Assembly: GCA_965216875.1 (NCBI GenBank)
Contig: OZ244207.1
Span: 1,504,001 to 1,568,000, forward strand
From: Rubripirellula sp.
GTDB taxonomy: Bacteria; Planctomycetota; Planctomycetia; Pirellulales; Pirellulaceae
DNA: 64,000 nucleotides
Direction: 5' to 3'
How positions within the stretch are numbered: position 1 is the stretch's first letter; each line of letters opens with the position of its first letter. The notes below the pieces were generated by a model. The model did not search any database. It was not told the DNA's origin and was given only the letters and a program-made list of their open reading frames with translations. The translations under genes were made by a program, and so were the position numbers. Positions 10,092-17,365 of the stretch are shown in pieces.

Positions 10092-11302
10092 CCCGCAGCC
10101 TCCGCAACGAGTTCGTCCCATGTTTCAAAATCGGTCTTCAACGAAAGCGATTGAAGGTATTCGCGATCGGGGCTCGGACGGTCGACACGTGCTTCGTCTG
10201 GCAGTCGGTGAGAGTGAATGACATTGGCGACGTGCACGGCCGTCAATGGACTGAAGTCGGTGCCCTTTGCGGCTGATGGTTGATGGTGAAAAGCAACGGC
10301 TTCAACGATCGGATTGGGAAATCCCCAAAGTCCAAGCAGGTGTGCGCCCACCTCTGCGTGCGTTGTCCCGAACTCATCGCGTTCGGCGTCGGAGACGGAA
10401 ATGGATTCGGCTTGGGCACGGGTTACCGCTTGGCAATACCGCTCGGGCAGATTCGCGGCAAGCACCAACTTGCCGAGGTCATGGATCATGCCTGCGATGA
10501 AGGCGTCGTCGACGAGCTGTGAGTCGCTTGCTTCCGCTTCAGCAATCGCCTTTGCTGTTGTGGCAACTGCGAGACCATGATCGAGTGATGCTCGCAGCGA
10601 ATAGCATTCGAGTTCCGGTTCTTTGAACGCGGCGAACGCGTTGGCTGTGAGGACCAAGGGTTGGATCACGTTGATGCCAAGTAGCGTCACTGCATGCTGA
10701 GGACAGGTTACATGTTGCGGCAACCCAAAGAATGACGAATTCACCAATTGCAGCACCTTTGCGGTCATCGCAAGGTCCGCGCTGATGATCTCGCCGACCG
10801 TCTCGATCGACGGTTCATGCGAGTTCAACTCAGCCAAAAGCTCTTTGTAAACGCACGGTAAACTTGGCAATGAATTGATTTGTGACGTCAGCCCCTTGAC
10901 GGCCGGATCGTCGAGTTGGGCACGCAACTCACAAGCTCTTTCGATCGTGCTGACCAAGACATCGGGTTCACATGGCTTGGACAGGAATTGATGCGCTGGG
11001 CCCACGGCGCGCATGATCTTCTCATGCTCGGATTGGCCGCTCAGAACAAGGCGAACCGTGTGAGGGTAGAGATCGGACACTCTACCGAGCAACTCAGCGC
11101 CGTCGATTCCGGGCATCCGCATGTCGCTGACGACGACGTCAAACGACTCAGTTTCCATCAAATCAAGTGCAGCGGCGCCGCCATTGGCGAACTGCATCTC
11201 CCAAACCTTTCTCTGGCCACGCAGCATGCGCCGCAATCCAGAGAGCACGTTTGCTTCGTCATCAACAAATAGGACTTTTGTCTTCGCTGTCATCGCTTTC
11301 AC
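10088..11302 (-). CDS. Response regulator with HDOD domain
   Basis: REC domain (LFVDDE, SDMRMP, SKP) followed by LPSLP, AKVLQLVNSSFFG, HDLGKL, HAEVGAHLLGLWGFP and FHH. Alternative start ATG 11293 after GAGG. Confidence 0.93.
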   Translation of the reverse strand: MKAMTAKTKVLFVDDEANVLSGLRRMLRGQRKVWEMQFANGGAAALDLMETESFDVVVSDMRMPGIDGAELLGRVSDLYPHTVRLVLSGQSEHEKIMRAVGPAHQFLSKPCEPDVLVSTIERACELRAQLDDPAVKGLTSQINSLPSLPCVYKELLAELNSHEPSIETVGEIISADLAMTAKVLQLVNSSFFGLPQHVTCPQHAVTLLGINVIQPLVLTANAFAAFKEPELECYSLRASLDHGLAVATTAKAIAEAEASDSQLVDDAFIAGMIHDLGKLVLAANLPERYCQAVTRAQAESISVSDAERDEFGTTHAEVGAHLLGLWGFPNPIVEAVAFHHQPSAAKGTDFSPLTAVHVANVIHSHRLPDEARVDRPSPDREYLQSLSLKTDFETWDELVAEAAG

Positions 11303-11311
11303 CTCGCCTTC

Positions 11312-12589
11312 TTAGCCCTCATTTCTGACCAACGCCGTGTCACTCACCCCGGCATTACTCACCCCGGCATTACTCACCGCTGCGTCTCGCTCTTGCGATT
11401 CGGTCTCTTGCACGAGCGGAATGCAGATCACGAAGGTCGTTCCGACGCCGAGTTCGGTTTCGACATTGATTGTGCCGCCATGCTTTTCGACGATCACGCT
11501 ATGTGCGATCGCAAGTCCTTGACCCGTTCCACGGCCCGCCGCTTTGGTTGTAAAGAATGGCCTGAAGATTCGGTCAAGGTGTTCTTCAGGGATGCCAGTT
11601 CCGCTGTCGCTTATCCGCAATTCGGCGTGTGAGCCAACTGTGCGAGCGGAGACCTTGATCCTCCCTTTCGATTCAGGGGATTCGCCCAACCGCGTCCCGA
11701 TGGCGTGTGCCGCATTGACCACCATGTTCAAGATGACCTGATTCAGTTCACCTGGCAGGCACGGGACGAGCGGAAGTGACTCGTCGAAATCGGTTTCGAG
11801 GTCGGCGACATACTTCCATTCATTTCGGGCGACCATGAGAGTGTTTTCAATCGCACGCGGAAGATCGATTGGCGTCATCTCGGCGGCGCCGGGATGTGCG
11901 AACTCTTTCATTGCTCGGACGATGTTCGTCACTCGCGTGATCCCCTCGAGGCTCTGTTCGATCGCGTTGGGTATTTCCTCGGACAGGTACTCAAGATCAG
12001 CGTTTTCCACTGCGTCACGAAGTGTTTTAGTCTGCTCGCCCAGCGGATGCGTTCCCTCGGTGGCCGTAAGTAAGTCTTGGCAACATGTCAGCACTTCCGA
12101 AAGGTCTTCGCACGCTTCCTGGATGAAACGAGTGTTGTCACCGACGTATTGAATGGGCGTGTTGATCTCGTGCGCAATTCCCGCCGCAAGCTCGCCAATC
12201 GATTCGAGCTTTTGTGCTTGAGCAAGTTGCGACTGCAGGTCACCGACGCGTCGAGCGACCTCCAGCTTTGAACGCAGTTGCGAGCGCGTCACCTTGCCGG
12301 TGATCGCATCATCAAATCCTTGTTCCGTCCAATCAACGTCACAGTCGCCACACCCACAGGCTGCAATGATCCAGGTTGCTCTTGGTCGCAGTTCCTTTGC
12401 GGACGTGCTGGCCTTTTCGATATCGGTGCAATCACTTTGAATCAGTGCGAAACCGGCAGTGCGTTGGTCTCCATGAACGTTCAGTTCGTCCAGGCTGGCC
12501 GCGGCAACCGGTTCGACGTTTAGTTCAGAAAGGGATTGGGCAATCTCCTTTCGGCGTTGGGCGTCACTGTCAATCAGAATGCTTAGCAT
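11312..12589 (-). CDS. Cytoplasmic histidine kinase with N-terminal pseudo-receiver-like domain
   Basis: H-box [14 protein letters not shown]-box [16 protein letters not shown] and [15 protein letters not shown]. The N-terminus is REC-like but lacks the acidic pair and DxxMP. Confidence 0.9.
   Translation of the reverse strand: MLSILIDSDAQRRKEIAQSLSELNVEPVAAASLDELNVHGDQRTAGFALIQSDCTDIEKASTSAKELRPRATWIIAACGCGDCDVDWTEQGFDDAITGKVTRSQLRSKLEVARRVGDLQSQLAQAQKLESIGELAAGIAHEINTPIQYVGDNTRFIQEACEDLSEVLTCCQDLLTATEGTHPLGEQTKTLRDAVENADLEYLSEEIPNAIEQSLEGITRVTNIVRAMKEFAHPGAAEMTPIDLPRAIENTLMVARNEWKYVADLETDFDESLPLVPCLPGELNQVILNMVVNAAHAIGTRLGESPESKGRIKVSARTVGSHAELRISDSGTGIPEEHLDRIFRPFFTTKAAGRGTGQGLAIAHSVIVEKHGGTINVETELGVGTTFVICIPLVQETESQERDAAVSNAGVSNAGVSDTALVRNEG
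11342..11378. repeat. 15-bp coding tandem repeat (about 2.5 copies)
   Basis: ACTCACCCCGGCATT twice plus ACTCACC, encoding VSNAG repeats in the kinase C-terminal tail. Confidence 0.9.
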
Positions 12590-13965
12590 GATGCCGCCCC
12601 TTCTTTTTGAGGTTGATGGGTCAGCGGAAGTCGAACAATGATGGTTGTTCCGGTGTCTGACGACTGCACTTGGATCGATCCGTCATGTTTGTCAACGACG
12701 ACGTCGTAGACGAACGCCAGGCCCTGGCCCGTTCCCTTACCGACTTCTTTGGTCGTAAAGAACGGGTCGAAAACGCGCTCCTGAATGTCAGGCGGAATAC
12801 CTGGTCCGTTGTCACTGACTCGGATTTCGATCGCGTCGCCATCGGTCGCTGTTTCAATGCTGACGACGCCAGCCCTCGTGTTGCCGTGCTTTTCTTGTAT
12901 GGCTTCTGCGGCGTTGGTCAACACATTCAACAGCGCTTGGTTCATTTGCCCGGGCAAACAAAGGACTTGCGGTAATGCCGAGTCGAATTTAGGAACGACT
13001 TCCGCGACGTCTCGAAACAGGTTTGCGGAAACGGTGATGACATTGTCGAGTGTTCGATTGAGGTCGACCGATGCTTTTGATTCGGCGGCCGGTTGCGAGA
13101 ATTCTTTCATCGCTCGGACAATCGAGGACACGCGCTCGATCCCTTCGACCGACTGCTTGATCGCATCGGGAAGCTCTTCGCGGAGAAACGGCAAATCTGC
13201 CAATTCGCTCTGCTCGTCGATTTGATCCAGGATCTTGTCGTCGGCCGTTCCGCTTTGAACGGAATGACGCAACGACTCATAAAGCTCCAGCAAATTGGTC
13301 AAGTCGTCAAAAGCTCCTTCCAGGAAGGAAACGTTATCTCCGACGAACTGAATTGGCGTGTTGATTTCGTGTGCGATGCCCGCCGCGAGCTGGCCGATCG
13401 ATTCCATTTTTTGCGCTTGCGATAACCTCGCTTCGAGCTTCTTGCGTCGTGAGAGGTCGCGCACCAACATCGTGAATGAAGTTGCACCTTGACGGTCGAC
13501 TCGGCTGATCGCGACTTCCGCGACGAAGGTCTTGCCCGTTGATCGGAAGGCGTTGATTTCGACGGGATCGCGGCCTTCGGGTTCCGTGTCGGCCTCTTCG
13601 TCGAGTTCGATGTCAAGGTCGGGAACCCTGTCGGGAAACAGCAGCGGCTCGTGACTCTGTTTTTTCGAAAAGAGATCCCTCACATTTGCCACCGAATCGA
13701 TGCCGAACCGGAAGATTCGGGCAGCCGATGGATTCATCGAGTCGATCTCGCCGGACTCGCCATAGGTGATGATGCCTTCAGCGGCGCCATCAAAAATGGC
13801 TTTGTACGACTCTGCCTGTTCGCCCAGCCGATCCGCCATTTCTTTGAGGTTGAGGTTGGCGTGATAGACTTCGCGAGTTTTCTCTTCGAGCAATTGTTCC
13901 GCCTGCTTGCGAGCTGCTCGTTCCCTTGCGCAGCGGCGCTTGAGCAGTTCTACGTCGTCGGACAT
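12583..13965 (-). CDS. H-NOX-associated PAS histidine kinase (HnoK-like)
   Basis: N-terminal coiled coil RERAARKQAEQLLEEKTREVY, a PAS domain (AEGIITY..NPSAARIF), H-box [16 protein letters not shown] and FFTTKEVGKGTGQGL. Overlaps the H-NOX gene by 16 nt. Confidence 0.92.
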   Translation of the reverse strand: MSDDVELLKRRCARERAARKQAEQLLEEKTREVYHANLNLKEMADRLGEQAESYKAIFDGAAEGIITYGESGEIDSMNPSAARIFRFGIDSVANVRDLFSKKQSHEPLLFPDRVPDLDIELDEEADTEPEGRDPVEINAFRSTGKTFVAEVAISRVDRQGATSFTMLVRDLSRRKKLEARLSQAQKMESIGQLAAGIAHEINTPIQFVGDNVSFLEGAFDDLTNLLELYESLRHSVQSGTADDKILDQIDEQSELADLPFLREELPDAIKQSVEGIERVSSIVRAMKEFSQPAAESKASVDLNRTLDNVITVSANLFRDVAEVVPKFDSALPQVLCLPGQMNQALLNVLTNAAEAIQEKHGNTRAGVVSIETATDGDAIEIRVSDNGPGIPPDIQERVFDPFFTTKEVGKGTGQGLAFVYDVVVDKHDGSIQVQSSDTGTTIIVRLPLTHQPQKEGAASC

Positions 13966-14534
13966 GCTGCTGTCTCTTCAGGTGCGTTGGCAGCCGACCG
14001 AGGACACAATGCAAAACGCGCTTCGGTGCCGTTTTGCTCACCAAGGTCTTCGCGTGCAACGTCAAGGTCATCATCGAAATAGTCGACGGCTGCACGAACC
14101 AAGCCTTCGGCCAAGTCGGCGAATGGGCGTTTGGACCGATAGGTCATTTCGAGTGTGCCATCGCCCTCGACGCAATCGAAGCTTGGTAGTTCGGCGTCGG
14201 GGTAGAGCTTACGAACCTCGACGTGGATGTAACTTTCCACGAGCGGCAAGAACTTGAGTGCGGAGTCAATGCCTTGGAAAAACTGTGGATAGAGTTTTGA
14301 GAACTGGGTGAAGAGGTGCCGCCCAAAGGTTTGCACGAGCTCGGCAACCGGAATTCCTGTCTCCTTGCTCAGCGACACGACCAGCTTGATCAGTTCACCG
14401 TGGTCGTAGGTTCCCACGGCCGTGTAGGCGCCATCTTCTTTGGTCTGCGCTCCGGCGATCATGCGGTCAGCGATCTCCAAACCGAGATCCTCTTCGACCA
14501 TTTCGATCAGCTCTGTAAAAACGATCCCTTTCAT
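13950..14534 (-). CDS. hnoX: H-NOX (haem nitric oxide/oxygen binding) protein
   Basis: MKGIVF start, YTAVGTYD, proximal His in YIHVEVRKLYP, conserved Pro in LPSF, and YxSxR haem motif (YRSKR). Confidence 0.95.
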   Translation of the reverse strand: MKGIVFTELIEMVEEDLGLEIADRMIAGAQTKEDGAYTAVGTYDHGELIKLVVSLSKETGIPVAELVQTFGRHLFTQFSKLYPQFFQGIDSALKFLPLVESYIHVEVRKLYPDAELPSFDCVEGDGTLEMTYRSKRPFADLAEGLVRAAVDYFDDDLDVAREDLGEQNGTEARFALCPRSAANAPEETAACPTT

Positions 14535-14578
14535 CAGTCTGCCCCTTTCATTTGTGACGGGTTGTTTTTGCGGAGGAC

Positions 14579-15022
14579 TTAGCCCCGCGTTTGTTGTTGT
14601 TTCAGTTCACTGAGTCTGTCATCCCGGCGCTGCAGCGGAATGAACCGTTGCACTTCGCTGGCCAGTTCTTCTGGCGACACTGGTTTCTCAAGGAAACCAC
14701 TTGCCCCAGCATCGATTGCCTCTGCATGTGTGTGAGGGCCGCCGTTACCGGTCAGAATGATCAGCGGGATGTCACGCACCGATTGGTTGTTGCGCATCCA
14801 GCTGAGCATTTCGATGCCTTGAACGCCTGGCATCTTGACGTCGCAGATCACCAGGTCAGGCTTTCGATTCGTGATTCTGCGAAAAGCTTGAATCGCGTTG
14901 TAGCAACTGGCGAAGCGAACAACGTACTTGCGAAAATAGCGGTGAAGCCCGCTGATAAAGTTTGGGTCGTCGTCGACGCACAGCACCCAGGGCGCATCAG
15001 CAAACGCAATTTCAGTATTCAT
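14579..15022 (-). CDS. Single-domain response regulator (CheY-like)
   Basis: ATG 15022 follows GGGGAGG. Contains VLCVDDD, DLVICDVKMP, ILTG and EKP. Confidence 0.92.
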   Translation of the reverse strand: MNTEIAFADAPWVLCVDDDPNFISGLHRYFRKYVVRFASCYNAIQAFRRITNRKPDLVICDVKMPGVQGIEMLSWMRNNQSVRDIPLIILTGNGGPHTHAEAIDAGASGFLEKPVSPEELASEVQRFIPLQRRDDRLSELKQQQTRG

Positions 15023-15042
15023 CGGATTCTGCCTCCCCGCGA

Positions 15043-15522
15043 CTAGCAGTTCGCCTCTTGCGACTGACAACTTCGACGCCAACGACCACGGCGAAAACCA
15101 TCGAGAATGCGACGCATTCGGCGCGAGTCGCCTTCCAGGTCAACGAACGTGCGTCCGTCAAAGAAGTCAACAAAGCCCGGCAACGTTTCGACAGTCGATG
15201 CATCGCTTACAAAGCCCATGCTCCATTGTCCGAAGTTGCGTTGCTCAATCTCTTCTTCAACCAACATCAGCACGGATGTGTGACGCTGGTCCTGAGAGAT
15301 CTTTTCGAAAAGCGATTCAACGACGCTTCGCTCACCTTCAAGGACTTGAAAGAACGTTGCGTCTTTGAAAAGCAAGACTCCGGTTACGCCCAGTCGCGTG
15401 TTGTTTTCTCGAGCTGCGTCAAGAAGGTTTGCAAGTTCCGCATCACTCATCGATACGGTTGCCGCGCTGGCGTAGACCAACTGAATCAGATCCCCGCCTG
15501 TGCCCAACTGGTTCGACATCAT
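15043..15522 (-). CDS. Stand-alone BLUF blue-light photoreceptor
   Basis: LVYAS (Tyr), ARENNTRLGVTGVL, FFQVLEG (Gln), DQRH and RNFGQWSMGF (Trp/Met). GGAG lies upstream of ATG 15522/15519. Confidence 0.95.
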   Translation of the reverse strand: MMSNQLGTGGDLIQLVYASAATVSMSDAELANLLDAARENNTRLGVTGVLLFKDATFFQVLEGERSVVESLFEKISQDQRHTSVLMLVEEEIEQRNFGQWSMGFVSDASTVETLPGFVDFFDGRTFVDLEGDSRRMRRILDGFRRGRWRRSCQSQEANC

Positions 15523-15909
15523 CGAACTCCGGTCGAGGTAGAAACTGCCCTCAACGACCAAGAAAGAGTCGTTGCCCCTGGCTCAAAAAAGAGCCTTATC
15601 CACTGGAAGCGTTGGTCGCGGCAGACAGGCTGGCAACGCGATGTGCGACGAAGTCTCACGGTTTGCCGCAAGCGAATCCGTGACCTTCTCGGTTGCACCG
15701 GTCGCACCGTTTGTGCCGCGGCAAGCAAGGCCAATTCGGAGAGCAAGGGCCAAAAAGCAAGGGAAAGAAAAGATCGGTTTCTTGGTTTCGGTTCGTGGCG
15801 CGCACGGCGGCGTTCGGTCCTTGCTTTGTAACCCCGCTGCACGGGTTGTCGATAAACGGATGCGGCAGGCAGCGAGCCAAGCACACACCAATCTTTCTAA
15901 GGTTGCGCC

Positions 15910-17268
15910 ATGAGTCGTCGTAAGAAACGTCGAGCGGTTTTCGTTGAATGTCTCGAAGCACGTCGCTGCCTCACAGCGAGTTTCGGATGGGACGGGCCAG
16001 GGCAGGGATCTGCCGAGTTGTCCTATCACATCGGCCAGGCGCCCTCGGGATTGTCACAGGGCCAATACGAACAAGCGATCGAATCCGCGCTTGAGGCCTG
16101 GAGCGACGTCGTCGACGTGACCTTCACCCGAACGGAAGTGCCGAACCAACGCGACGCCATCGACTTTCGGGTACGACCGATCGATGGCGCTGGCGGAACG
16201 CTCGCGCAAGCCTACCTGCCCGACGATGTGAATCCGGCCCGAATCGCCGGCGATGTCGAATTTGACGCTGCCGAAACTTGGGAGATTGGGAATGATCTCG
16301 GCAATCGAGCGTTCGATTTACTTCATGTGGCCGTTCACGAAATTGGTCACGCGCTAGGCATCGAACATCTTGATCATCACGACAGTGTCTTGGCACCGTT
16401 CGTCAACGCGGCACAAAGTTTTACGGCCTTGTCTGCGCATGACATCGATGCCGCGCTCGCACTCTATGCACCCGCTGATCCTGCCATTGAGCAACCGAAT
16501 GAGGGGCTTGATCACGATAGTCATTCGCACGAAGACCATGAGCATGGCGAAGACGTCGTCGATGAGACAACACCGGCCGAAGAGGATGCATCCGACGAAC
16601 CGCAAGACACGGACTCCACGTCGAACCAACCAAGACGGTATTGGCGTCCGTGGTTCGGTTTCTTTGCGCGATGGCGGGGCGGATGGCCTTGGTTCCGCGC
16701 AGGAGCAAATGCGACACCAGCCCATAACGCGGACAATCCGGCAGACGTTGATGGGGACGGAGAGATTTCGTCACGTGACGCCCTCTCGGTGCTTGTCCAT
16801 CTTGTTGATCCGAACGCAACCGAAGGCATGATGACGGATGCGAACGGCGACGGCATCACCTCCCTTGCGGACGCACTCGTGGTCATCAATGCAATGCGTC
16901 AAGAAGCAGCCTCGGATGAGATGGAAGGTGCTGACATCGAAGACGATGAGAATGAGACGGCCGACCAACCTGAGGACTTCGATGAGACCGAGGGGCCTCT
17001 CGATGATCACGCTGATGAATCAGACGACGAGCCTGAGCCCAAGATAGATGATGATCCAGTGATCGACGAGGAGGACGACGATGATGACGAGTCAGAGGAC
17101 GACCTCGATGGAAGCGGTGAACCAGACGTCGCTGGCGGCGGAACCGACGAGGAAGAGGATGATTCAGAAGATGAGGAGGACGACCTCGAAGAGGATCTAG
17201 ACGAGGACAACGAGGACAACGAGGACAACGAGGTTGAACTCGACGAATACGGATGCCCGTTAGCCTAG
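15910..17268 (+). CDS. Secreted matrixin (M10-like) metalloprotease with dockerin-like repeat and acidic tail
   Basis: Planctomycete export motif (ECLEARRCLTA), DGAGGTLAQAY and zinc motif HEIGHALGIEH. Dockerin-like DVDGDGEISSRDAL / DANGDGITSLADAL, then an Asp/Glu-rich C-terminus. Confidence 0.88.
   Translation: MSRRKKRRAVFVECLEARRCLTASFGWDGPGQGSAELSYHIGQAPSGLSQGQYEQAIESALEAWSDVVDVTFTRTEVPNQRDAIDFRVRPIDGAGGTLAQAYLPDDVNPARIAGDVEFDAAETWEIGNDLGNRAFDLLHVAVHEIGHALGIEHLDHHDSVLAPFVNAAQSFTALSAHDIDAALALYAPADPAIEQPNEGLDHDSHSHEDHEHGEDVVDETTPAEEDASDEPQDTDSTSNQPRRYWRPWFGFFARWRGGWPWFRAGANATPAHNADNPADVDGDGEISSRDALSVLVHLVDPNATEGMMTDANGDGITSLADALVVINAMRQEAASDEMEGADIEDDENETADQPEDFDETEGPLDDHADESDDEPEPKIDDDPVIDEEDDDDDESEDDLDGSGEPDVAGGGTDEEEDDSEDEEDDLEEDLDEDNEDNEDNEVELDEYGCPLA
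17201..17233. repeat. 9-bp coding tandem repeat (about 3.7 copies)
   Basis: ACGAGGACA repeated, encoding EDN repeats. Confidence 0.85.
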
Positions 17269-17284
17269 TGCTGCGTCTAGCCTT

Positions 17285-17323
17285 GTAGGCCGGATCAAGG
17301 AGCGACAGCGACGCAGATCCGGC
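17285..17323 (+). repeat. Solitary GTAG-type REP (family A, subtype b)
   Basis: GTAGGCCGGATCAAGGAGCGACAGCGACGCAGATCCGGC with a GCCGGATC/GATCCGGC stem, between convergent genes. Nearly identical to the REPs flanking the RAYT. Confidence 0.92.
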
Positions 17324-17365
17324 GTATGTGAGCTGAACGCGCTACCCCGATTACGTTTTCCGCTG

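Noticed and set aside
14962..15831. 289-aa plus-strand ORF
   Set aside because: It is antisense to the well-supported BLUF gene and has no recognisable motifs.
15826..15910. Possible c-di-GMP-I riboswitch on the minus strand upstream of the BLUF operon (GCAACC..GAAA.. and GCAGCGGGGTTAC fragments)
   Set aside because: It lacks the GGCAAAC / GACGCAAAG core and proper stems, and it abuts the matrixin start. Probably chance, though an Rfam scan would settle it.
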